DNA from: Desulfosudaceae bacterium
Lineage (GTDB): Bacteria > Desulfobacterota > Desulfobacteria > Desulfobacterales > Desulfosudaceae
Assembly (NCBI GenBank): GCA_963674745.2
Contig: CAXXDV010000001.1
Location: 1,344,001-1,408,000 of the forward strand
Direction of reading: 5' to 3'
Length of the DNA: 64,000 nucleotides
A program made the position numbers and the translations under genes. Positions 38,864 through 48,300 of the stretch are shown in pieces; within the stretch, counting starts at the first letter, position 1, and each line of letters starts with the position of its first letter. The notes below the pieces were generated by a model, which worked only from the letters and a program-made list of their open reading frames with translations, did no database searches and was not told the origin of the DNA.

Positions 38864-39472
38864 CTATAATGTTATTCCGGAAAACAGCATAAACGCCATG
38901 GCCATCAGACCGGTAACAACCATGGTGATGCCGTATCCATCCAGCCCGGCCGGCACATTGGCATAACGCAGTTTTTTCCGGATGGCGGCCATGGACACGA
39001 TGGCCATCATCCAGCCCACGCCGGAGCCCATCCCGAACACCAGCGACTCCAGAAAGTTATATTCCCGTTCCACCATAAACAGGGACGTGCCTAAAATAGC
39101 GCAATTAACAGCGATCAAGGGCAGAAAAACCCCCAGGGCGGTGTATAACGCCTGGGAATAACGGTCTATGACCATTTCAATGCCCTGCACCATGGCGGCT
39201 ATAACAGCAATAAAAGTGATGAATTTCAGAAAGCTAAGGTCAACCAAAGGCAGTCCCGCCCAGGCCAGGGCACCCGGTGCCAGCAGAAAATGGAAGATCA
39301 GCCAGTTCAATGGCGTCGTCACGGTCAAAACGAAAACCACCGCAAAACCCAGGCCGGTGGCGGTCTGGATGTTTTTCGATACCGCCACAAACGAGCACAT
39401 GCCCAGAAAATAGGCCAGCAGGATATTACCCACAAAGACCGAATTTAAAAATATGCTGATTAAATCTTCCAT
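38864..39472 (-). CDS. nqrE: Na+-NQR subunit E
   Basis: [23 protein letters not shown], operon order. Confidence 0.96.
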   Translation of the reverse strand: MEDLISIFLNSVFVGNILLAYFLGMCSFVAVSKNIQTATGLGFAVVFVLTVTTPLNWLIFHFLLAPGALAWAGLPLVDLSFLKFITFIAVIAAMVQGIEMVIDRYSQALYTALGVFLPLIAVNCAILGTSLFMVEREYNFLESLVFGMGSGVGWMMAIVSMAAIRKKLRYANVPAGLDGYGITMVVTGLMAMAFMLFSGITL

Positions 39473-39474
39473 AA

Positions 39475-40092
39475 TCAGTCTTTCTTAATGGTTTTTTGTA
39501 ACCACACCAGCATGCCGATCAAAATGAACGCCGCCGGCGCCAGCCGCATGAACCCCATGTCTTCATAACCGGCAGCGTAAATCGCCTGAGGAACGATCTG
39601 AAAGCCCATCAGGGTGCCGCCGCCGAACAATTCTCTTACCGCACCGACGATGACCAGCACGGAAGTGTAGCCCAGTCCGTTTCCAAGCCCGTCTAAAAAA
39701 GCCAGGTGGGGCGGATTTCCCAGGGCAAAGGATTCGGCCCGGCCGAGTACAATGCAGTTGGTGATGATCAGCCCCACGAAAACGGACAGCTGTTTGCTGA
39801 TATCGTACATAAACGCTTTTAAAAACTCGTCACATAAAATAACAAGCGTGGAGATAATGGCCAGTTCAACGATGATTCGGATATTCCGGGGGATCAGATT
39901 ACGGAGTGCAGAAATCGTCAGGCTTGAAAACGAGACCACGAAGGTCATGGCCAGCCCCATAACCACGGCCGTCTGAAGCTGGACCGTCACCGCCAGGGCG
40001 GAACAGATCCCCAGCATCTGGATGTTGATGGGATTGTTGGTCCAGACGGATTCGGAAAAAATTTTAAACGATTTGGTTTTGGTCAGTTTCAT
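39475..40092 (-). CDS. nqrD: Na+-NQR subunit D
   Basis: [38 protein letters not shown]. Confidence 0.96.
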   Translation of the reverse strand: MKLTKTKSFKIFSESVWTNNPINIQMLGICSALAVTVQLQTAVVMGLAMTFVVSFSSLTISALRNLIPRNIRIIVELAIISTLVILCDEFLKAFMYDISKQLSVFVGLIITNCIVLGRAESFALGNPPHLAFLDGLGNGLGYTSVLVIVGAVRELFGGGTLMGFQIVPQAIYAAGYEDMGFMRLAPAAFILIGMLVWLQKTIKKD

Positions 40093-40149
40093 TCTCTCTT
40101 TTAGCCATTATTTTTCATGCACTCGTAAAAAGTCAAAATTGGGATGGCA

Positions 40150-40890
40150 TCATTTATCTACCGGACACATGCCCGCTCCCGGCGGCAATTTTTTGAGTTC
40201 ATCCTGTCGGAACCGGATGGATACCGGTTCATACTCCCGTAAAATATCATGCAGGCCCTGGCTCAAGTATTTTCCGGTCAAGGTGGCGCCACTGATGCCG
40301 TCAACATAATTGGCCTGCTTGTTTTTGGCGATTGAATCCTTGACCACCCCCTTGGCGATTGATACGGCCACAAATTCATTGGCCTGATCGACAATTTTCT
40401 TGCCCACAAAGTTCTGCCCGAACCATTGTTTTTCAATTTCGCCGCCCAGCCCCGGGGTTTCAGAGTGTTTATATACCGTAAAGCCGGAAATCGTCCGGCC
40501 GTCCCTGTCAAGGGCCAGGTAGCCTTTGATGTCTCCCCAGAGACCTTTGGTATTAATGGGTATGATATAATTGTCAATGACCTGGTCGGCATTAATGTTT
40601 AAATAAACAGGCAGTTCCTGGACGTTGGCCGTTTCCAGGGGCAATTGTTGGCCCTCGGGCGAAACCCGGAGGCAGCGGATGTGGTCGGCGAACAACCGAT
40701 CGATCTCTTCTGCGGGGTAGTGCCTGCCGGATTCAATCAGGCCGACGGATTTTAACACATTCATCTGCCGGTCGACCCGGACGTTCTGACGCTGGTATTT
40801 CCGCAGGCCCACGGATGCCCCGGTCAGTGTAATGCTGCACACCAGGCACAGGATCAGGGCAAATAATAATGATTTGATCGAATCAGCCAT
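40150..40890 (-). CDS. nqrC: Na+-NQR subunit C
   Basis: GLWG, HSETPGLGGEI, FMN site VDGISGATLT. Confidence 0.95.
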   Translation of the reverse strand: MADSIKSLLFALILCLVCSITLTGASVGLRKYQRQNVRVDRQMNVLKSVGLIESGRHYPAEEIDRLFADHIRCLRVSPEGQQLPLETANVQELPVYLNINADQVIDNYIIPINTKGLWGDIKGYLALDRDGRTISGFTVYKHSETPGLGGEIEKQWFGQNFVGKKIVDQANEFVAVSIAKGVVKDSIAKNKQANYVDGISGATLTGKYLSQGLHDILREYEPVSIRFRQDELKKLPPGAGMCPVDK

Positions 40891-40911
40891 AATTGTAGGT
40901 TTTATCTTGTT

Positions 40912-40960
40912 TCGTCATCCCGGCCAGTGGAGCGAAGCGGAACGTGAGCCGGGATCCAGT
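40912..40960. repeat. REP-like imperfect palindrome in the nqrB-nqrC spacer
   Basis: tcgtcATCCCGGC...GCCGGGATccag. Confidence 0.55.
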
Positions 40961-40972
40961 ATAAAATTGATA

Positions 40973-42151
40973 TCATACATTGGGAATTCTCTTTTTCAGT
41001 TGCACGCTTACCGCCACATGATCCAGCAACGGTGAAAACAAATTCATAAATAAAATGGCCAACATTACCCCTTCCGGATAAGCCGGGTTGAATACCCGGA
41101 TCAGCACGGTCAGCACACCGATCAAAAACCCGTAAATCCATTTGACCGATTCCATGCCCGGGGCAGACACCGGATCTGTGGCCATATAAACAATGCCAAA
41201 AGCGAACCCGCCCATGACCAGATGATAAAAGGGGTTTAAGGCGTACCAGGGCGCCGCAATATCCCCGGCAAACAGATTTAACAGCCACCCGGTTGCCAGC
41301 AGGCCGAAGACACCGCCTAAAATGATACGATAACTGGCAATGCCGGTTGCGATCAGAATGGCCGCGCCGATCAGGCAGCACAAAACCGAAGTGCCGCCGA
41401 TACTGCCGGGGTAATGGCCGACAAAAAGCTTGAAAAAAGAAATGTCTGCATTGGCTAGAACCGCCTGTATACTGTCTCCGACCTGGCATAAGGCGGCCAC
41501 GCCCAGCGGTGTGGCGCCGGTGACCGCGTCCGCGCCGCCGGATGAAAGGTGGGCCACCCAGACCGGGTCACCGGACATATGGGCCGGATAGGCAAAAAAC
41601 AGAAAGGCCCGGCCGGTCAGGGCGGGGTTGAAAATATTACGACCGGTTCCCCCGAAAATTTCCTTGCCGATGACGACGCCGAAAGAAATTCCGATAGCGG
41701 CCTGCCACAGTGGCGTGGTGGGCGGCAGTGTCAGCGGAAAGAGCAGGCCGGTCACCAGAAAGCCTTCGCTGATTTCGTGTTTGCGCACCGAGGCAAACAG
41801 CAATTCCCAGAAAAAACCCACCGTATAAGAGACAATAATCAGCGGCATCACCACCCAGAGGCCCCGGGCCATGACGGCAACCAGGTCCAGGGACAGGCCG
41901 GCCGACAGGGATGCCTGGTAACCGGTATTGTAAATACCGAACAGCAGGGGCGGGACAAGGGCGATCAGGACCATGCTCATAAAACGCTTCAAGTCCAGGC
42001 TGTCCCGCACAAACGGCCGCTTGCCGGTGACCAGGCCGGGTATGAAGAAAACCGTCTCCATGGCATTGAACAGCGGCGCCAGCATGGTCAGGCGACCGTT
42101 GGATTGAAAGTGCCGGCGCTGGGCGTCAAATATTTTCTGGATGAATTTCAT
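40973..42151 (-). CDS. nqrB: Na+-NQR subunit B
   Basis: VRDSLDLKRFM, KEIFGGTGRN, FMN site DAVTGATPL, MATDPVS, YPEGVMLAIL. Confidence 0.96.
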   Translation of the reverse strand: MKFIQKIFDAQRRHFQSNGRLTMLAPLFNAMETVFFIPGLVTGKRPFVRDSLDLKRFMSMVLIALVPPLLFGIYNTGYQASLSAGLSLDLVAVMARGLWVVMPLIIVSYTVGFFWELLFASVRKHEISEGFLVTGLLFPLTLPPTTPLWQAAIGISFGVVIGKEIFGGTGRNIFNPALTGRAFLFFAYPAHMSGDPVWVAHLSSGGADAVTGATPLGVAALCQVGDSIQAVLANADISFFKLFVGHYPGSIGGTSVLCCLIGAAILIATGIASYRIILGGVFGLLATGWLLNLFAGDIAAPWYALNPFYHLVMGGFAFGIVYMATDPVSAPGMESVKWIYGFLIGVLTVLIRVFNPAYPEGVMLAILFMNLFSPLLDHVAVSVQLKKRIPNV

Positions 42152-42157
42152 CTTCCG

Positions 42158-43498
42158 TTAGCGCTCCGATACTTCCTTATAATAGTTATTCCTGGCCTGC
42201 TGCAGAATACTGTTCAACTCGATCTTGGATGGACAGACATAAGTGCACAGGCCGCATTCCACGCAATCCAGCATACCATGGGCCAGGGATTCTTCAACCT
42301 CACCGGCCAGAATACTTTTGATCGTAAACTGGGGCAGAATATCAACCGGACAAACCCCGGCACAACTGCCGCAGTTGACACAGGCCCGCTCTTCTCCATG
42401 CTGACCGGAATCGGGAATAAACGGTTTTTTGTTCAAAACAGATAAAAACGCCCGGGATTGGCTGGGTTTGTTCCAGCCCGGCCGCAGAAAACCGAAAAAT
42501 TCAGGTTTGTTGCCGGCCGGTAAAACCGTCAAAGCGGAATCGTAAAACCCGAGATAATCATTCGATCCTGCCGCGCTTCCCCGCCAGGCACTGCCGGAAA
42601 TGGCCCGGAGATCTTTATTCTCGTTTAATTCCGGCGCCAGCAGTGAGATCGGCGCACCGGCCCGGGTCAGGACGTGGCGGGTGTTGCCCGGTGCGGAAAC
42701 CGTAACCAGTCTTTCGACGGGAAAAAGCCCCTCCCCCAGAAAACGACCCATCTGAAGCACATCCCGGCCGTGAATAAACCAGCAGCGGTTGGCGGCCGAA
42801 GAGGCCCGGGTATAATAGAGGAACACGCCCGGGTCATCCGCCGGGTATCTGCCCGAAACCCGGTGGGTAACCGCCCGGGCAAGTTCCGGTTCCAGGCTGT
42901 CCGTATCATGACAGGTGACCAGGTAAATTTCAGGGGCCAGTCGCTTTAAGGCGTCCAGGCCGAAAAAAAACGCTTCCATGGAACCGTTCAAGTAAAGCGA
43001 CGGACCGGCGTGAAAAAGATCCAGGGAATCCAGGTTGACGATAATGGCCGGCGGCGTCACCGCCGGGTCGGCAATATCACGGAAGGGCAGGGTCCGGATC
43101 AGCGGCCAGAGGCCTCCGGACATCAGGTGCCGGGTCAGGTCTTTTCGTGAAATGGTGGCCAGCTGATGGGGGTCAATGGCGTCAAAACCCTGTCGTTCTT
43201 CTTCTTTGTCAAGCTGAATCACAATGGCGCGGATGATCCGCCGGGGGCCGAAATCAATTTCTTTAATCGTGCCGCTGCCGGGTGAAACAAAAACAAAGTC
43301 CGGATTACGCTTGTCCGTAAACAGAACACTTCCCTGTTTGACGCGGTCATCGACCTTGACGTGCAGTTTGGGCTTGATATGGGGAATGCCTGCCGGTGAC
43401 ACGCCGACATGATCCATGTCCGTCAAACGGGACACATGATCCTTCGGCCGGCCGGTAACATTCAGATCCAGCCCTTTTTTCATGGCAATGGTAATCAA
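42158..43498 (-). CDS. nqrA: Na+-NQR subunit A retaining two Fe-S cluster motifs
   Basis: KKGLDL...G, PKLHVK..DRVK.G..LF.DK, first gene of nqrABCDEF; CVNCGSCAGVCP and CVECGLCTYVCPSK. Confidence 0.9.
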   Translation of the reverse strand: MITIAMKKGLDLNVTGRPKDHVSRLTDMDHVGVSPAGIPHIKPKLHVKVDDRVKQGSVLFTDKRNPDFVFVSPGSGTIKEIDFGPRRIIRAIVIQLDKEEERQGFDAIDPHQLATISRKDLTRHLMSGGLWPLIRTLPFRDIADPAVTPPAIIVNLDSLDLFHAGPSLYLNGSMEAFFFGLDALKRLAPEIYLVTCHDTDSLEPELARAVTHRVSGRYPADDPGVFLYYTRASSAANRCWFIHGRDVLQMGRFLGEGLFPVERLVTVSAPGNTRHVLTRAGAPISLLAPELNENKDLRAISGSAWRGSAAGSNDYLGFYDSALTVLPAGNKPEFFGFLRPGWNKPSQSRAFLSVLNKKPFIPDSGQHGEERACVNCGSCAGVCPVDILPQFTIKSILAGEVEESLAHGMLDCVECGLCTYVCPSKIELNSILQQARNNYYKEVSER

Positions 43499-44023
43499 TT
43501 TGGAATCCGTATCAGGGTTTATCCAAAGTTACCACGAGTGAAGACAAGTTTCAAGTCAGACGTTGGGTCTTATCAGCGGGACCCAACATAGCAGTATTCC
43601 GGGTTGTACTTTAAACTGTTTTACGTTTTCCTGAGTATAGCGCAGGTTTTTTATTGATCCTTTTATGGTTTGCACCCCCGGTCATTTTATAGATATCGTA
43701 TCAAAAAAGCAGGAAAATTGTTATGTATATCGAAGTTACCACTTCAACTGGCAGAGAACCTAAAAGAGCAGGATTAATAATATACAGCAGAGCAAGTACC
43801 TTTTTAGCCAACTAAAGGGGTTGTAATCACAGCAACTTGTATAGGGTCATTTATCTGAATACAATTAATCGGTTATTTTTCACCTGTATCTTTCACAAGC
43901 AAATACCCATAATTTTTACAGATTTATGAGATATATCCCAAATTCCTTGTTGATGTTCTCTACCGGTTCGCTTTTTTCCTGTTGACATTCGTAAATATAT
44001 AATAGAAATTTAGAAAAATTAAT

Positions 44024-44105
44024 CTCATGCTAAAGCTAGACTTCGGGTGACTGAAGGACGGAAAGCAACGGGTCTTTAGATTAAAGACAGCCGGGCCGCC
44101 ATGAG
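44024..44105 (+). ncRNA. c-di-GMP-I (GEMM-I) riboswitch aptamer
   Basis: P1 CTCATG/CATGAG; J1/2 ctaaagCTAGA; P2 CTTCGG-GTGA(GNRA)-CTGAAG; conserved GACGGAAAGC; P3 GGGTCTTT-agatt-AAAGAC-AGCCGGGCCGCC. Matches the GEMM layout known from Geobacter-type aptamers. Confidence 0.85.
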
Positions 44106-44117
44106 GCAAAGAACTTC

Positions 44118-44164
44118 AAGCCGGGCTGTCTGGACAAAAAGACGGCCCGGCTTTTTTTGTTTTT
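44118..44164 (+). terminator. Intrinsic terminator (riboswitch expression platform)
   Basis: AAGCCGGGCTGTC-tggacaaaaa-GACGGCCCGGCTT followed by a T-run, in the leader of the transglutaminase gene. Confidence 0.85.
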
Positions 44165-44286
44165 GGGGGAGTGTTTCAACATACCAGAAAAGATTTACCA
44201 ACTGAACAACAACATTAAGACAAATTTATTGCCATTCCGGGCGAAAGGGGTGAAGACCAGCATGATAATATTGTAGAATATTACAA

Positions 44287-45213
44287 GTGCTTGAGTCTTT
44301 TCGCATAAAAACTTTGATAATAAAGAAAAAATTGATATTTACCGGTTTTGTTTTTGTTCTGATTCTGGTAATGGGCGGTGCGGTTTATTTTATAAAATAT
44401 AACGAGCGTGTTGTTTCTTATACAGTACCCAGGCAAATCAGATACGGCTTTACGGTTCAGAACACGACCAACAGGTTAATAAACAATGCGGGGCTTTTTG
44501 TTTACGCGCCGGTAAAACAGACCGGTTCGCAATTGTGCAGCGCCATTGAGGCGTCTCACCCCTATACGATGGAGATTGATGCCCTTGGTAACCAGGTACT
44601 CAAGTTTACTTTTGAGAAGCTCCCACCCTATGCCACCAGAATTATAAACATTAAAGCAGAAGTAATGCTTTCGGAAGAGCCGAATCGCCTGCCCGGTGCA
44701 AAGAAAGACCGGGCCGCTTTCCTGAAACCGGAAAAATATGTGGAATCAGATCAGCCCGCGGTTATTAAAAAGGCGCAGGCATTAAAAAAGAAAAAAACGG
44801 TTGATACAGCCGAGAGCATTAATAATTTTGTCGCCGGTCATATCCAGCAGGTCGGTTATATCCGCAATGAACGGGGGGCACTTTACGCCCTGTCCCGTAA
44901 AAAAGGGGACTGCACGGAAAATATGGACCTGTTTACCGCCCTGTGCCGGGCAACAGGTATCCCGTGCCGGAGAGTCGGCGGATACATCTGCCGGAATAAC
45001 TGCCTGCTGTCAGCCGGCGGATTTCACAACTGGGCTGAATTCTATGATAAAGATCGCTGGTTTCTGGCAGATCCACAGCAGCGTGTCTTTATGCAGAAAC
45101 CAGACGACTATATCGCTTTCAGGATTATCAGCGATACCAGCGAAAACAGTATGCAGCACTATAACCGGTTTCGCGTTCAGGGGAAGGGCGTGACCGTTAA
45201 AATGAATTCATAA
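44287..45213 (+). CDS. Membrane-anchored transglutaminase-like protein
   Basis: N-terminal TM segment; Cys-His-Asp triad motifs GDCTEN, FHNWAEFY, WFLADP; ALCRATGIPCR. Exact start uncertain. Confidence 0.9.
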   Translation: MLESFRIKTLIIKKKLIFTGFVFVLILVMGGAVYFIKYNERVVSYTVPRQIRYGFTVQNTTNRLINNAGLFVYAPVKQTGSQLCSAIEASHPYTMEIDALGNQVLKFTFEKLPPYATRIINIKAEVMLSEEPNRLPGAKKDRAAFLKPEKYVESDQPAVIKKAQALKKKKTVDTAESINNFVAGHIQQVGYIRNERGALYALSRKKGDCTENMDLFTALCRATGIPCRRVGGYICRNNCLLSAGGFHNWAEFYDKDRWFLADPQQRVFMQKPDDYIAFRIISDTSENSMQHYNRFRVQGKGVTVKMNS

Positions 45214-45306
45214 GCAGCACCAGCAATAATATTAAATAAGATCCGGGATATCCGGTCATAAAAGGGCCGATCCGCCTTTTACAAAACCACCATTATGGGG
45301 GAAAGA

Positions 45307-48300
45307 ATGGGTACAATCAGTCGACTGAAAAATGGGTTGTTTGTCCTTTTTGCAGCGGTTTTCTGCTTTGCGACTATGCAAGCAACTTTATCAATTGCTG
45401 AAGATTCCGAGGAACCAGTTTGCGCTAAGGTCAAAATCGAGATACGCCAGGAACTGACCCTGGAACGACAGGCCTTTGACGCGCATATGCGCATCAATAA
45501 CGGATTGTCAGACATAGACCTGATCAACCTCAAGGTGGATATCATCTTTACCGATGAAGAAGGCAATTCCGTTGTTGCTACAACAAGTACTATTCCGGAT
45601 GATACGACTTCTGGTGCCTGTTTTTTTATTCGCAAGGATTCGGACAATATTACCCTCCTGGCAGATGACACCTGGAAGCTTGATAACGTCACCCCTTCTA
45701 CTTCCTCTGATTTTCACTGGCTGATTATTCCGGTTCCCGGATCCGCCGGAGATGATCCTGAAGGCAAACTCTATTTTGTCGGCGCGAGGCTGACATATCA
45801 AATGGGTGCCAACGGAGAAGAGCATATTGTGGAAGTGCGCCCTGATTCCATTTCTGTAAAACCGTTGCCGGAACTCACCCTGGACAGTTTTTTGAAATAC
45901 TGGGTATATGGTGATGACCCCTTAACGGAGGATGTTGTTGAACCCTTAATACCCTTTACGCTTGGAACACGGGTCAAGAATACCGGTAACAGCACCGCTT
46001 ATAACCTGAAAATCGAGTCCGCTCAGCCTAAAATCGTCGACAACGAAAAAGACCTGTTGGTCACATTTACCATTATCGGCAGCGAAGTCAACGGCGTGGT
46101 AACAGAAAACAGCCTGATGGTGGATCTGGGTAATATTGCGCCGGGCGAGGCCGCCATTGGTCGCTGGCTGATGACCAGCAGTCTTGTGGGCGAATTCACC
46201 GAGTTTGATGCCACCGTGTCGCATGCCGAAGCCCTGGGCGGGCAGGTCACCTCGATCATGAACAGTGACGGTATTAAAACCTGGTCTTTGATAAAGGATG
46301 TGCTGGTGGATCTGCCCGGCCGGGACCAGATCCGGGATTTTCTCGCCCTGACTTTTGATAATCCGCAGGTTCTGAAAGTGTGTGAATCAGAAGACGTGAA
46401 TGGTGTTTGGGATTCGGATGTTGTCGATCTTACCGGCGACGCATCAGTATCCTTTAACGACACATCATCCGGTGATGATACAACCTATAAGCTTCAGTTT
46501 TCCTCTTCTTCTCCTTTTGTTTATGTACGGGTTGCAGATCCGTTTGAAGAGGAGAAGATCATTAAAGAAGTGATCCGCAGTGACGGCAAACACATAAAAT
46601 CAGATAATGCCTGGCTGTGCAAAGAAAGAAACGATGATAAGGAATGGGAATACTTTTTCAATCTTTTCGATTTTGATTTCAATTCTACCGAAGATTATAC
46701 CGTTGTTTTTGATACGTCGATCGCGAATGATCCACCGAATTTTGTTGATTTAGACGAGCAGATAGGAACGGAAGACGAATTGTTGGAATTTACGGTTTCC
46801 GCAACTGATCCTGAAGGGGAAACGCTGACCCTCTCCGTTTCCAATCTTCCGGAAGGAGCTGATTTTATAGATAACGGTGATGGTACCGGGATCTTCAGCT
46901 GGACGCCCGCAATCGGTCAGGCAGGTGACTATGCGCCTGTTTTTCGGGCCAGTGACGGGCACACAACGGTTGTTATGATCGTACCCGTTGAAATCCGTTC
47001 AATAAACGATACGGATGGCGACGGCATGGATGATGACTGGGAAAAGGAATATTTCAATGATAGCCTGGAACGGGATGGCACCGGGGACTTTGATAGTGAC
47101 GGTATTTTAGATCTTGATGAATATTTAAACGGAACAGATCCAACAAGGGAAGACTATGGCCCGTCGCCACCGCTCATTGTATCACCCGCCGAGGGGCAGG
47201 ACGTGACCGTTCTTTCTCCTGTTTTGACAATCGACAACAGTACGGATCCGGACGGTGATACCCTGACCTATGACTTTGAGGTTTTCTCGGACTTGCAGCT
47301 GACCGACCGGGTGGCTGCTGCTCATGGTATGGCCGAAGGCGTTGACACCACGGCCTGGTCCGTTACCGGCGACCTGGACGACAATACACTGTACTACTGG
47401 CGTGTCCGGTCGTGTGACTATGCTGCTTCAAGTATCTGGACATACGGCACCTTTTTCGTAAATACAGCCAATGAAGCCCCCGGCGTTTTTAACATCAGCC
47501 GTCCGGCTGACGGCTCTTATGTGGACACCCTGACACCGGTCCTGGAAGTCACCAACAGCAGCGATGTCGATCAGAATGTCCTTACATACAAATTTGAGGT
47601 GTATGTACATAGTGACCTGACCGGTCTAGTTGCTTCGGTTACAGATAAATCGGCCGGCACCAGCGGTACCACCGCCTGGACGGTGGATACGAATCTTACT
47701 GATGAAACCACGTATTACTGGAAGTCGGTGGCGGTCGACCCCGATGGCCTGGAAACATCAACAACCGGTTCCTTTACCGTATCCACCGCCAACCAGGCGC
47801 CGAGCGCGCCGGCCATAGATGCCCCGGCTGTCGGTGAGAGGGTTATTGTTCATCAACTGGATATTGTCGTTACCAACGCGGTCGACCCGGAAGGGAATAC
47901 CCTGGTCTACGACTTCCAGCTCGATACGGTCAATACGTTTGACAGTTCAAATCTGGTAACAGCCGCTGATATTCCCGAAGGCACGGCCTCAACCGCCTGG
48001 TATGTGACCGACCTGTTCAGCAACACCACTTATTTCTGGCGGGCACGTGCTTTTGACGGGGCCGCTTACAGCCCCTGGGTGACAGGCAATTTTCTGGTCA
48101 ATCCCATCAATCAGGCGCCCCAGACACCGACCCTGAACAACCCGGGCCATACCGCCTGGGTCCAGTCGCTTACCCCGGAACTGGCCGTCAATCCCGCCAT
48201 TGATCCGGATGGGGATGATCTGAACTATTATTTTGAGTTGTATTCGGACAGCGAATTTGAAGACCTGGTTTTTGAAGGATCTTCCGCCCAGCCGTCTTTT

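Noticed and set aside
41549..42445. 298-aa plus-strand ORF (also 30301..31128 minus)
   Set aside because: These overlap nqrB/nqrA and the PEP-synthase-like gene on the opposite strand and have no motifs.
37460..43498. Rnf operon
   Set aside because: NqrF is present, the gene order is A-F, and subunit motifs are Nqr-type despite the RnfC-like Cys in NqrA.
43982..44010. Sigma70 promoter for the riboswitch leader
   Set aside because: TTGACA is present, but the TATAAT is only 10 bp away and no well-spaced -10 box was found.
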